Source: Klebsormidium nitens (taxonomy: Eukaryota; Plantae; Klebsormidiophyceae). Taken from it: a stretch of DNA of 47,675 nt. Each line of letters starts with the position of its first letter. The first letter of the stretch is position 1. The position numbers were made by a program, and so were the translations under genes. This document shows, piece after piece, positions 23,701 to 40,400 of this stretch. The DNA is taken from contig DF237596.1 of the NCBI GenBank assembly GCA_000708835.1, positions 1 through 47,675 on the forward strand, read 5' to 3'. Below the pieces are notes generated by a model. The model saw only the letters and a list, made by a program, of their open reading frames with translations, ran no database searches and was not told the DNA's origin.

Positions 23701-26700
23701 GGGCGGGCGGCCCACCTGCTGTATGGCGGCCACGACGTCCTGCGGGGGCAGCTCCTCGGAGCCGATTTCCAGCACCAGCATGCGCGGCTCCGCGCTGCCC
23801 GCGCTTGACGTGCTGGCCTCCGGCTGCGGCTCGGGGGGTGGGTCGGTGACGCCCAACGGGTGCCCCAGGCTGGCGCGCGTCTCCACCCACAGAGTGCTGC
23901 ACTCTCGCGCCAGGCTGCAGAGGGGGCGCAGCAAGTGAGGGGCGCGCACCTGGGAAGCGGCAGCAGGCGGGCAACAACCGGGCAGGTTTCTACGACGTCC
24001 GAGTAACGACCAGACTTGGCGAACAGATGGAACAGTTCCCCTCTCTCGAGCGCACTTTCGTGCATGCTGTCCTGCTGCGGAATTAAGCTCGAGCTTAACC
24101 AGCTGGTTGCAAAACATGGTCTCGACACTGTTGCAGACGCAGGAGCCTGCGGGGACTCACTTGCGCATCTTCCCAAAAAATCGTTGCCGCTCCGTGACCC
24201 CAACCGCGCCCCGAGCGTCCAGGATGTTGAAGGCATGGGAAGTTTTCAAAACGTGGTCGTACCTGCGTTGGAACGGGTGGAAGGCCGCATGTAGCACGTA
24301 CCTGCGGTGCTTTTCCAGCTTCTTGGGAAAACCCAGCGCCTGGAAGCAGACAAGTATGCTCGAAGAAAACAGAATGCAGAGAGTTGAAAATGCTCACTGG
24401 ATATCGGCTGTATTCCGAGACTGTTGCAATTTTAGGCGACCAAACGCTTGCGCGTCATCATCCGACACAGTTCAAATAGATACAACACAAGCTAGGGACA
24501 TGCAGTAGTGGCGTCATGCACGTGAACGGACTGCGCGGGGGCCTCACGCAGGGATGGCGAGCTTCTTCTCGAGCAGCGCCCGCGCCTCGGCCTCGTATAG
24601 CTCAAAGCGTTGGCGCGTGCGCTTAACGTCTGCGTGGTCCAGGTTGAACGCGCTCATCTCGCGCCTGCAAGCCGCCACTCAGCACCCGTTAAAGGGAGTC
24701 CGGCTTTCAAGATTCTGGACGAGCTTTGAGGCGTTGCGAGAGTCCTACTGCAGATTCTCGTATAGTGTTTCCCACTCTCAAAGCTTCAAAGCAGAATGTG
24801 CGCGGTAACGAGACCAGTGAGGACGATACAGCACCTTGTTCAAGATTTCGCAGCAGCCGTGACAGCTGGTCTCCATAGTTATCCTGCCTGGAGCGCACAA
24901 AAACACGCGTTTCCGGGACAACCGGTCAAATGAGTGGCTGAGCCTCACTCGTTTTCCAGGAACAGCTCGCCGTATGTGATGCCGGGGGCATACCGAATCT
25001 TCTTGAAGTGGTCGACGCCCTGAAAGCAGCATGAGGCACAACGATGAGCGCAAGGCCAGTGCCTCGAACGAGAGACGTCCATTGTAAGTAGGTGACCCAT
25101 TGACAACGTTAGGGTGGGGCAAAAGACTCCGATGCACGTTCTCGACTACTTGTATGAGAGCGCTTGACAGCAGACGTACAATCACAGCGTTGTCTTCATT
25201 CGCATTCAATTATCTCAAGCCCAGCCGGCAGCATCACTCGACACGGCGTCATTGTCGAAGTCGCCACGCAACAATAATCCACCAAATTGTCTTGACAACA
25301 GGGGGTCTCTATGCAGACATGGGCGCGCGTGCACGGCGTTCACCTGGAGGGCCATAATGATTCTCTCAAGGCCGTACGTAATCTCTACCGGCACGGGCGT
25401 TAGCGGCAGCGAGCCGGCCTGCTGCATGTACGTGAATTGCGTCACCTCCATGCCGTCCATCCACACCTCCCACCCCAGGCCCCACGCGCCCAGCACCTGC
25501 ACGCATCAATACAAAGCCCACATCGCATAAGTGCGTTTCCAAGAGGACCGGAAGGCACCCTTTCGGGAAATATAATTGCAGTCCTCAGACGGTCTTGTGT
25601 AAGTTCGAGAGCAATCAAAGCCCAGAAAGCACGAACAGCGGAGCCTGCTGCGTGAGTATATCAACATGGTTATTCCTCCCGGTTCAGTTCTTCGAAACGA
25701 CGACGTTTCAGCGTCTCCTACAGTGTTTTGCAGGCTTACCGGTGACTCCCAGTTGTCCTCAACGAACCGGATGTCGTGGGCACGGGTGTTGATACCTGCG
25801 AACCACCGATTGCTTTCATAATCGGCTATCGAAGGATCGTTTGCAGAAGAGAAACAAAAGCACGGCCCCAGTCAAGAGTCCTCAGAGAACGAGGTCAGAC
25901 TACTGAGGTGCTGCCTCGTTCGATTCCCCTGTCCGAGCTAAGATTCACGCTGCTGGGCAGCGAGCTATATGCAAGAGTACGGTCCGTCGAGGGCTCACCA
26001 AGTGCTGCCAGGCTGCCTAGGTAGAGCTCCTGAGAGTTGCCTGGATCCGGCTTCAAAATCACCTGCATCAGCGAGGAACGCTAGGGCTCAATACCACATT
26101 GAGTTTCAAGGGCTGGATGGAGCGAAGCGACTTAAGTTCTAGATATATACGGAGGACGTGTCCAGGCGGTTATCTGCTGATACGAGAAGAGGCGATTCAG
26201 ATAGATGTCCCAACTCAAAAGGGAGCTCACCTGGAATTGTGTATGCCTTTGGACGCGATTGGGATTGTCACCGTAGCGGCTGTCGTCTGGCCGGATGCTA
26301 GGCTCCACGTACCTGCCCATATAATGTGGTGCACAGTCAGCAATGGCAAGTCAAGAGGGCTAACAAAACAGCATCTCTCCAACCGTCACTTCAAATGCTC
26401 ATAAGTTGGACACACAAACTTAAGGGCTTGGACTGGTCTGGCCTCGTTTTGATGAGGATGAGCGACTCACGCGACATTCCAAGGTTCTGGGCCCAGGATG
26501 CGCAGGAACGTGGCGGGGTTCATAGTGCCCGCCCCCACCTGCACAGGATGCCGCAGTCAGCCCCCCCCCAAGTGACTCGCAGACACAGATAGACTGCATC
26601 TGTCCTGGCCATAAAACAGAGCGCTGGACGAATCAACAAGGCGCTGCAGCCTTGATATGGGCAATGTAAAACGCTACCCACTGTCGTGTCTGAACGTTGT

Positions 26701-27874
26701 GTCTGTCCGGTGCCCTGTGGAACGCGCTTGCTAATGCGTTACATAAAACACCTTTCTTTATTGAAACAACTGGCATTGATCCATGGCGCCTGCTTAGATT
26801 TGGAGGCCAACAATTTCTGATCCTCGACGCGACAACTTGTGTTTTGACAGCGCGGCCTCACATCGGCTCTATGCAAAACAACCAAAGGGTACCCCACCAC
26901 CATCTTTTGGCAGTACTGGGCATTATCAAGGGCACCTTCTACTCACCTCGGTGTTACTGGACTGCAGCACCGCACAGCCTTGAGAAGCCCAGTAGGTCTG
27001 CAGCGACACAGCGCCACCACTTAGTGGAGGCCACACAGGGAAGCTGCTAGCACTGAGAAAGTCACGGGAGACTGGGCCACACCCTCAGATCATGTCGCAT
27101 TATATGAGAACTTGACACATCCTTCTTACCACCCTGCCATCGACGTCTTTCAAGAAGGAAGGTCCGACATTGACGGAGGCGCCACATTAGGCTGTCCTAC
27201 AGGCAGACTCTGAACCAACCACTCTGAAGCCGATGCCGATAGAAGCGAGACAATAGCAATGCTTTCAAATGCAATGCACCACCAGCGCCTCCCAAAGCAG
27301 CTGCTCGTTACGTGCATTCTGGAACCTTTTTTTCATATGTACCTGCAGTTTCTGGATCGCTTCTTGAAATGTGGGTGCTGCGGCATTCTCTGCTGCTTGC
27401 CCCCTGCTGCTGTGGTGGCCCGCAGCCTCCGCTGCACTGCTGGCGTGCTCTGCCACAGACGTGGTGCTCTGTGACCGTACGAAGCTGCGCCGAGCTTTCC
27501 GTTGCTGCCTGCCATCAATCTGAGGGCAGTATCCTTTCTCCCCATCTCTCGAAGCACCGTGACTGCTCCAGCTTCCGGTCGTTGGCCTTCCCTGTTGCCG
27601 AATGGCATAGGACCAGGGAAGGAGACCTCTTTCAGGAGGGTGGCATTGCTGATGGACCAGCCCAGCAACACTCCTACAGAAGCGGGGAAGGCGGGCGCAC
27701 TTCAACATCGTGGATGAACAATCAGTTTCAAACAATTTCAATGTTTTCAAACAATTGAAAAGCGGACCAAGGGAGCGGCGACGGCCGCCGCGCAGGAGCG
27801 AGGCGCAGCGTGGCCTTCGATCCGGCCTGGAGGACACGGAATTGCCCGCGCTTCTGCGAGCGCGCATGTTGCAT
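17714..27874 (-). CDS. glyQS: Organellar (plastid/mitochondrial) glycyl-tRNA synthetase, fused bacterial alpha+beta type (EDD1-like), 30 exons, about 1075 aa; one apparent frameshift
   Basis: Exons 27874-27768 (tentative), 27508-27343, 26997-26947, 26538-26471, 26312-26231, 26062-25999, 25795-25740, 25496-25344, 25019-24949, 24664-24548, 24262-24161, 23914-23716, 23397-23212, 22748-22685, 22516-22458, 22266-22195, 21990-21908, 21722-21611, 21416-21321, 21064-20903, 20726-20668, 20468-20375, 20136-19918, 19697-19602, 19278-19044, 18842-18753, 18616-18518, 18356-18275, 18071-17986, 17812-17714. Alpha motifs: [79 protein letters not shown]. Beta motifs: [82 protein letters not shown]. Confidence 0.96.
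22366..22447. repeat. Intronic minisatellite, about 3 x 25-30 bp built from (G/C)TAGCCCGA sub-repeats
   Basis: AAAAGCTAGCCCGAAGGTAGCCCGA / AAAAAAGCTAGCCCGACAAGGTAGCCCGGA / AGAAAAGCAAGCCCGACTAGGGTCCGA in the GlyRS intron 22267-22457. Confidence 0.75.
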
Positions 27875-27889
27875 GGGTCAAAAGACCGC

Positions 27890-27909
27890 CACGTGCAGAA
27901 GGGCACGTG
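27890..27909. promoter_or_regulatory. Tandem G-boxes (CACGTG x2) between divergent GlyRS and OPR
   Basis: CACGTG at 27890-27895 and 27904-27909. Confidence 0.35.
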
Positions 27910-28902
27910 ACCCTTCAACCTCTTCTTGAGCACTCCCCTCCGATCTCGGACTCAAGCTGGATTGCAATCATGTGGATTCGGTGTTCCGGAGTCTTCTTTG
28001 TTGGATTCACCTGACTGTGACCGCATGATGACGTCATACCCAAGTGCAATCAAGAAGGTTCAAGTTCTCCTTCTTGAGCGATGTTGCCAGCACTGGCAGC
28101 AGTTGCAGCACCACCTGTGAACCTAGACGGCTCTGTAACTTGCTGCAGCATTTGCATGCACCTGTTGAAGACCTACCCTCTGCCACTGATTCTGCTTGTC
28201 ACAGCCCATGCATTGCCATTGAAGAAAGCCAGTGATCACGTGCATTTCGTCCCTTCCGCTATATCATCTGAACACTAGCGGTGTTGAGATCGGCGAGCGA
28301 CTGGGTACAGTGCCGCGGGCTTCTCCCAACATCAGCTACAGGATCCAGCCTGCGTGTTGCCTCTAGTTGCAGTTGTGTCGAAGGCCCTAAACTTATATTG
28401 GCGGCTGTCAAGTGGCAGGTATGGCTTTCCTGGTTGACTGAGCAGCGCGTGCTTTTGTGGCCTTGGATTGACAAGTCAAAGCTTGTCTGCGACTTTCCAT
28501 ATTATAGATCTACTGGTCATTGGCATGGGAGATGCTCGTCTCTCAGTGAAGATGCTTGCTTTTCATGAACTGAAGCTCTTGGTGCTTGAATCTGATTGGA
28601 TCTCATCAGTGCTCCTCCTGATATACTGAGATGAGTGGCCATTGTTGGGAGGAGCAAACTTGAACACCAACGTCGATCAATATCTGGACTGTCGTCATTT
28701 GAGGTGATCTAGAGGTGATCTTCCTCTGTCTTGGTGTGAGGCTGGCAGAGGATGCAAATTCATCTATCAGATCCCACATTCTTGCATTCTGTCATCAGAT
28801 TGCCTTCTCATTTGAGACCCTGCACCTTCATAGATCGTTAGCAAAGCCCTCGCAGAGCTTCTGATAGGTTTCTTTTGTTTTGTCCCAGGCATAGCTCCAA
28901 AG

Positions 28903-32528
<3,626 letters not shown>

Positions 32529-32579
32529 AAGAGCCGGGCGAGAACGTAACTTATCAACTCGCACCATACATTCTTTGAT

Positions 32580-33620
32580 CAGAGCATCAACAGTCATTTA
32601 TTGATGGTAGTTATCAGACGATTATTTGCGTAGCTAGGTACATTGAAGGAGCTGCTCCGTTGGGAATATTTGATCGGATGCACGCAATATATAAGGACAA
32701 TTACATCCCTCTTGCAGATTTGCACATTTTGACGGTACATTGTTACTCACGGCTGCTTGTGGATTGTAAGTTCGACCATACTACCAGAAAACCTCGTATA
32801 TGAACTTTCAACTGAATCACAGTCAAAGCTGACAATTTTTTTCGTTGTCCGAAACCAATGATGCGCTGCATGGCTATGCGGGCCCGTCGATCGTTGGATG
32901 AAGTTGATTAGTGATGGGCCTGACAATCATGCGCGCTTATATCTATCAAGTTCTTGCAAACATGCGACCTTTTCAATTTCCATATGGCACTGACTTCGAA
33001 CGTTGAGCACGGTGGTGCCACATGCAACCCCACGTGAGTGTCAAGTACTCACGTTGACACTTGCCGACTTGCAACGTTATGATGCCAAATGACCCGGCAT
33101 CGGCCGCATATACACGGAACCATGGCGTCTGGAGCAATCAACAATGAGCCTGTCGAGTTATACATATGCGGAATTTGCAAGGCCGGGTTCATGCACGATC
33201 ATGAAGCACAATCATCAGTACTAAATGACTCATATACCGTGAAGAGATTGTTTTGAGATCCCCATAAGCGGCGCTGTGCAGACAGGCGCGGCCATATTGC
33301 ACGCATGTAAGCACTCGTAGCCAAGCTTCAAACAGAGCACTTGTACGTGCTGGAAATGAGGCCCGGCGCGCTTGAGTTGAACCGTACGGGTCCCGTACGC
33401 GGACCGCGTGACCAGCATGGTTGAACTTGAGGAATGGATCAGACGAATCAAGCTTAGAGGCCCGAGTCATTTGAGCCTCAACTGCAATCAGGCGTCCGTC
33501 GCGCTTTTTCATGCACATCCACAATTGCTGGGCGATCAAACTTGATCAATCGATGATCCGACCTGCTCAGCTGCCCCCTATATTGTAAGCTGGCTCGTGA
33601 ATATGATTGCAAAGAGGACG
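32580..33620. other. Palindrome-rich intergenic block D (downstream of OPR)
   Basis: Repeated CGATCG, CATATG, TGCA, GCGC; overlapping inverted repeats at 33032-33061; TTGATCAA. Confidence 0.45.
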
Positions 33621-34128
33621 TGTCGTGTTCCTCTTAGTGTTCCGAAGTTCCTTACACTGCGCAGCTACGCAACTGATGAGCGGAGCACTTTTTGTCCGGA
33701 TCTACTGGAACGACGGTATGACTAAGGATGACCAACAATTTAAATTACCCAACATTGCGTGAGCTTGCTAAAGCCCGTGCACATTTGCAAACTCTTAAGT
33801 TGTTAACTTGACAGCTGCTGGAATGGCGCTTTTGACTAAGCTTTTCTAATTTGAGGAATTTTAAGAGGGTCTGTTGGGCAGGTATGGTCGCCTAACACAA
33901 TCGTCAAACCCCCAACTCAACAAAGGTCTCATGCCTTTTCTCTAAGTGTTCATGTCAAGCAGAGATAGAACACCGACCTCACCAATCCACCAGCTTCCTT
34001 GAAACTTAAGACTTGAGGCTGACTCCAGGATTGCGCAAACAAGTATTCCACTTCTCCGTTTCAGAACTTAGCACAGAACATCAAGCACAGATAGCGATTG
34101 TGGCAAAAGAAGAGGATTGTAATACATC

Positions 34129-35924
34129 TCAATGATCCGATTTCAACTCCCAGAAACAAGCAGGCGCTTCGGCTGTATGCAATATAGCGTGCACTAAGTC
34201 CTCATCTCTTGTGGCTCACCTTTGTCGAACGTCGGGTCGGTATTGAAGCATCCAGGCAGCACATACTCACCAACATTCATCTGCCCCACGTGTAAAAAAC
34301 TAACACATTGGCCAGGTGCAACCAAGGGCAGCAACAGCGATCCTGTGCAAAAAGTGTCCTTCAGAGCCAGGATGGTGCCAACATGGCACCAGATCAGGCC
34401 TGCACAAAATGGTTAGAAGTGTGGAGCGAAGAAAACAAATCGGCGCGTAAATAGGAGGCAAAGAGGCATGGGCGACCAATCTGAGAAGGTACCATCAGAC
34501 CTGCCGCTTACGGTCTTCTTTGAGGAAGGAAGAAGACGTGTACAACAAACAACTTACTTGAAGACGCCCTGTATGCTTCAATGACTGTTCCCAAATCTCT
34601 TGTGAATACCAGGTTGAATCTGCAGACCAGATTAACAGGGCGTCTTGGTTCAAAATGAACTCCAATGGAGATCCCTTTGTGGACCAGAGGTTTTACTCCC
34701 AAAAGGATGACAGGCTTTCAAAGTTGAACCCTTTGCAAGCCAGTTCAGAAGCACGAAGCAGCTCATCGCTCTTTCCAACACTTCCGGGGAATGGACCATG
34801 CAACCGCCTAGATGTCCGCTCATTGTTGCCAGTTCGAAAGCGATCATTGACCATCCAAGCAGCTCTCTGGAAAATGGATTCAAGGCGAGGAGTTTCAACT
34901 GCAAGCATCGAGCAGCATTCTCTGCATAGCTGGCTTTCGCCATCCAAGCTGACTCAGCTTCGCTCATCTTACATCACAGCCAGTCTGCAGATTTGCATTC
35001 TTGGACACATGCGGACTTGGAACCTGTAACAAGTTCAAAGAGAGCAACTAACACCATTCTCAAAGTGCCAGAAATTGATGCCGCTCACCTACCTTAAGAA
35101 GCTTGTCATGGTCCAGTTGTTTCAGGGTGAGCAGCGAATTCACAAACATGGATCTGCAGCTGTTGCTTGGGTTGCACAGTGTACCCACATACAATCCCAC
35201 ACTTTTGACAGGCACACTCGTGTACAGAGAACGAGGTATTGAGCCAGGATGGCGCTTTTGTGTTGGCAGAGGGTAAAGAGCAAGCAAGTAGAGACGTATT
35301 TACAGCTCGTCCTGTACTCCAGGGCACTGACTACCACTACTTAGTAGAACCCACCATATCTGCCAAAGAGATTGGTATGAGCGAACCAATTATCTGAAAC
35401 ACAAATGCTGATCGCTTGTTGAAGAAAAAGTCTGCTCAGGCCACCATGGCTGTGGACTAATTCCTCCAGGCTTCCATCTTAGACAAAGATAGTTGTGTTG
35501 GTAGGCTGACGAACACATTGGTGTTGATGGAAACATTCTGCCAAGAACGTAAGCAACGACCAACAATCCATGCCACCATGCACCCCTGGTACATATTGCT
35601 GACAGACCGTGTCATATCTGCCTTTTGATACTAGATACATAAGTCTCCTCAAAAAACAACAACACAACAACACCAGTCAACTTTCAGAAGAGACAAGCCT
35701 TCTCCGTGCAATAAGCCTGCAACAAGAACTGAACATTGAGCAGAAATGCAACCAACAATGCGAAACATCTGTTGCTTGCACTGTTGGCATTGCAGCCCAT
35801 GAGCAACTGCACAGTGCTGAAGGCAGCTGAACGCTCGAACTTTCAAGTTGGGAAATCTCGAGTTGACGGCCTGCCGGCGTCGGCCGCTGTAAGATCCGAG
35901 TGGTTCGGTCCGTCCGATGCCCAT
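34129..35924 (-). other. Candidate spliced gene or pseudogene of unknown function
   Basis: Stop-free, phase-consistent exon chain 34898-34697, 34619-34558, 34399-34220, 34172-34129. The intron 34557-34400 has a GTAAGT donor, CTAAC branch point, pyrimidine tract and TGCAG. A further exon-like piece lies at 35153-35093. 5' end unresolved (ATG 35924 possible); no recognisable family; low GC3. Confidence 0.3.
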
Positions 35925-36948
35925 CCGACGGTGGAGAGGACGTACAGGGCGTTCCAACCCACAACTCCGATCTCAAGGGAACGTGGACATAGTCTTCGGA
36001 GGAAGGGCCCATTTCTCGGGTTCGACGGTGACGGGTACTGTGGAAAGCCACCGGCCTCTTCTTTGTCGGCGTGAGGGGAAAAGCTCGGCCATCAGTCCTG
36101 TAGCGGGGCCTTGGTGCTGTGATGATCTTCCTCCGGCAACTGGTGCTGAGCTTGCCCGAGCTGCCTGGCCGGAACTTGCTTCAATTCGAGTTCGAGCTCC
36201 AATTTCTGGCAGACACTCCCTTCTCCCGCAGGTTGCTAAAAGCGCTTGCCTTACACACCCAAACCAGAAGTGTTGCGCCACGTTTGACGTGCGATTCAGA
36301 GGGAGAGGGGATAGGTCATTTAGCAAAGAGTCTAGTATTTACCCTTGACGCCTCATGGTGCGCTGCGCCAGCCAGGCCCGCCGCCTTTCAGAAGCAACTC
36401 CACTGAGGTGGGATGCTTTGCCCTGCAATCAGCATATTTTGAAATGAAACTTATGATCGTTGAGTTTGCATCATGGTCATGACTGCGCAAGAACCAGAAA
36501 CATGCCAAGCTGGATGTGTCGGCCTTACCTTCAGCACCGACAGCAGTCTCTTAGCCAAAGTTGCTGAGAGGCTTGTCTTTCATGATATCCTGCATGACCA
36601 ACCTTTACCATGCCCTTTTTTGGAACCAGTTGTCAAAGATCTCCAGCAGAAAGGTCCTGTCCTTGAAAAAGATGTCAATGTCTTCTGCCTATCTACTCAA
36701 GGCTGACACCTTTTGCACACACTCCGTATCACCATTGTTATGCTGTCTCCCTCTTTATATCCTCTCGGACTAAGCACTTGTGTTGTCAGTGTTGGGCAAG
36801 CACCTAACTTGGCGAAGCCCCTTGTGGGGCCCTTGTGGGGGTCAAAAGTTTCGTTGCTTCTTATCTAGGGCACAAACGCCTTAAAGTTTTTGGGACAGTT
36901 TGTAGTGACACCCTGCTGTGAAACTTGCAGGCCCCTACTCTGGTAGTC

Positions 36949-39900
36949 ATGCCGCTAGCAGTGAGGGGTTTTCCCAAGCGGACTACTTCATCTGCTCGGC
37001 CTGCCACTACCCCACCTTCCGTCCTGGAGGTTGACTTCTCGGACAGTCGCATGCCGGGCCTTGTTGAAAGTCCCATGGCTTCCGAGGCCGACAACTACTC
37101 ATGGCCGCAGAAGTCGCTAAAAGTACAGAAAAAGGAGCAGATCAGGCGGGAGCTGGAGCGGCTTCAGCAGCAGAGGGTAGCGCTGGAGGCAAAGGAAAGG
37201 GCGGTGGAGCTGCAGGAGAGCGGGGGGCTGAAGCGGAAGAGACTAGATGAGTTGACAGATGTTGTTGGGAGCCCGGTGCCGGGGCCTCGCAAGATCCCGA
37301 AGCTGAAGATCAAGCAGCAGGGACAGCTTGTGAGATCAGCGGAGTTCATTGACGGGAGGATAGGGGATAAGAGGACGGTGGGAAAGGGTCCCCTTTCCCT
37401 GGCAACCCAAAGTTTCCACCGCGGCCCTCCTCAGCCGGTCTACCTGGAGCGCCCGGCAGCCGCAGTGAGAGAGGCCGCTGAACCATCTGGGCGGGGGCAG
37501 CCCCCTCTTGTAATGCCCCTTCAACCACAGCACTCCCTGAAATCCCCTAAGGCAAAAACCCTCCTTTTCGAGCCCGTAAGCATCCCCGGCACTTGGGAGC
37601 TGTTAGAGCAGTGCAAGCAGGTGATGCAGCACCTATCAAAGAATAAAAACGCAGGGGCGTTTAGGCAACCTGTAGATGTGGTCGGGCTAGGGTTACCAAA
37701 CTACTATGACAAGGTTAAGGAGCCAATGGATTTGTCGCTAGTCAGAGACCGTCTCACCAGGGGCTATTACACCACACCCGCTCAGTTTGCGAGAGATGTG
37801 CGCCTGATCTGGTCAAACTGCAAGCTTTTCAATCCGGCAGAGTCATCCTTTGCCCAGATGGCAGATAAGATGAGCCAGAGTTTTGAGTCAAAGTTTGCAC
37901 CAATAGAGCGGCAGATGCGGGATCTTGGGTTGACGAGTGTGGAAGAGGAGGACGAGCGAGTGGCCCAGGAGAAGGCAATCATGGAAGCAGAGAGGCGGGC
38001 AAAGATGTGAGTCAATTTTTCTCTTTGCCACTGTGTGAAACCGGGATTATGCAGTTTGTTGTAGATCTGCTTTTGAAGCAGAGTTGCTGATTGTGCACTT
38101 TGTCCGCTGTGGTGGTTGCGAAGCGTTTATATTGCAAGGGTATATGTCAGGGTGTCAGAAAGCCATCACACTGTCGGCAGAATTGACGTCTTTTGATTCT
38201 ACGATTTACGTCATATGATTGAAGGGAGTTGTTTTTGTCTACTTCAGGCTTGAGGACCAGCAGAAAGCAGTTGCCCGATACTGGGAGCTGCAGCAGCAGC
38301 AGAAGGATAATGAGATCAAATCGGCACACCGCGCCCAGGAGCGGGCTCAGCAACGTGCCGCGGCAGCAGCGGCGGCGGCAGCGTTAGCAGAGCAGGCCCG
38401 GTTGGCTAAGGAGAGTGGCGAGCTAGAATCGCAGGCTGAGCCTGAACCAGTAAGTGCTTCTTTCACGCGCCAGATCTTCTGCAGAATGCTTGGTCGTTCT
38501 TGATGCGCCTGGTTGATATTCTCTCTTACTTTGTTTGTTGAGAGCTTGTACCAACAACAGGTGTCACCCTGTTGTGTCTAGGGAGCACTCTGGCGCTTGC
38601 TGTTTTTTTGTACCAGTAGTCCATCCTCTATTGGCTATCACATGTTTTCTAAGCGATGGCCGCTTCCCAATCTGCATTTGATATTACGGCTTTACTGTGT
38701 TGTGCAGGCTTCTCGTGTTAAGCGGGAGGCCTCAAAGCGAGCAAACGAGATGGTCCACCGGTTTATCGCGGACCAGAAAGGACCAATGCCCAAGCTAGAG
38801 GCGCCCTCCCGTCGGCACAAGTAAGCGCCCGCTCCACTTAAAAGGATGTGACTTTCATGAGACACTTGATCATGCTCTTGGCATGCAGCCGCTTCTTGGT
38901 GTCCATCTCGATCATCTGAGGCGGGAAACGTGGCATCTCGGTATGATACAGGGAAAGATTGTGGGTGAATACCTTGCGCTTGCTTCTGGAGCTTTACAAG
39001 TAGTTTTCTCTCCTGCAGAAAAAAGAAGCAGAAGAAGGAGCGGGAAGACGACGCTGAGCGTACGCCTAAGGAGCCCAAAACGCCGAAGGAGCCCAAAACG
39101 CCGAAGGAACCCAAACCCAAACGGGAGAAGCAGCCAAAGCGGGAGCGGGCAGAGGGGGGGGGCGTCAACAAGTCGGGGATGACGTATGCTGAGCGGTACG
39201 TGCTATTACGAGTGCTTCTTTCTCTTCTGCGTTTTCACCCTTCCCTGTGTGCACATGGATGACTTGGACTTAAGTTGTCGCGATGGATCGAATCGATTCA
39301 GCTCGTGGTGAGCTAACTCATCAGATTGACAGTCACCTTTGTCCCTGTTTAGCGGGAGGTCGAGTGCGCAGTTGCAAGCTGAACGGCAGGTTGTTGAGCA
39401 AGCATTAAGTTGGAAGAACGTAGTTGTCTTCTTCATTTTATGTAGTATCTTTGCGCATCTGCGTCTCACAAGCTGGCTGCTCATGTGGAAGCGCCCCTTG
39501 TTGTCGCGTGCAGGAGCCAGCTGCCGATGACGACAGGGGAGAAGCAGAAGCTGGCGGCGGACATCCAGAAGCTGCCGGAGGAGAAGATGGAGGCGGTGGT
39601 GGACATTGTGCAGAAGTACATGAACGAGGGCGAGGAGGACATGGTCCTCGACGTCAACGCCATGGACCACGCCACGCTCTGGGAGCTGCGCCGCTTCGTG
39701 TCCAACTTCCTCAAGTCGCGGACCAAGTGGCTCCGCCGCATGGAGAGGCGCGAGGTGAGCCGCCCAGCCGGGAGCCACTTTCACTTTGAACGCTTTGGTC
39801 CTATTCTTCCTGCAGGAGAGACTTCGAAGTTGTTCGTGCACGACTGCTATCCAGATTGCCTGAATGTTCTCGTCAGGATATTGCAGGTTCATGGTCGACA

Positions 39901-40400
39901 ACTTGCCTGCTGTGAAGGTTCAAATGTTTGCTCTTGGCCTTTTCTTATATCATTCGTGAAACTTTCTTCACTAAATGTTTGCGTTTTTTTGTCTCCTCCA
40001 GAGGGAGGGCTACACGCCTCGGCCTCGTGCACCCCGGCCGCCAAAGCCTGCCAAGGAAGGGCAGGACGGGAAGGACGGCTCTGGATCCGAAAGCGGGAGC
40101 GATTCGGAGTCTGGCTCGGGCTCCGGATCTGGCTCGGGGTCTGGATCGGACTCTGATTCGGACAGCGCGTCCAGCTCGGGGTCAGATTCGGGGTCGGGGT
40201 CTGGGTCGGACTCGGACATTGACGTCGGGGATGAGCATGCGCAGAGCGAGGTGGGCCCAGTCAAGGCGGAGGGCAAGCACGGGGAGAACGGAGTAGCAGC
40301 CTCGGACGGGACAAGCAGGGCTCCAGAAGGCGAAGGGGACGAAGGCGGGGGTGAAGCGACGAGTGCGGTTGCCGGGGACGGGGACACTCCGGGCGAGTAG
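36949..40400 (+). CDS. GTE: BET/GTE family bromodomain + extra-terminal (NET) domain transcription regulator, 6 coding exons, about 729 aa
   Basis: Exons 36949-38006, 38248-38449, 38708-38820, 39019-39195, 39514-39754, 40002-40400. Bromodomain AFRQPVDVVGLGLPNYYDKVKEPMDL...FARDVRLIWSNCKLFN; ET domain MTTGEKQKLAADIQKLPEEKMEAVVDIV...LDVNAMDHATLWELRRFV; Ser/Gly/Asp-rich acidic tail. Confidence 0.92.
39068..39115 (+). repeat. Coding 18-bp tandem repeat (KEPKTP)x2.7
   Basis: AAGGAGCCCAAAACGCCG x2 plus AAGGAACCCAAA in GTE exon 4. Confidence 0.85.

Noticed and set aside
27265-27933. 222-aa continuous ORF as the GlyRS N-terminus
   Set aside because: The middle part is AT-rich and intron-like; only 27508-27343 and probably 27874-27768 look exonic. 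A single-exon reading is not fully excluded.
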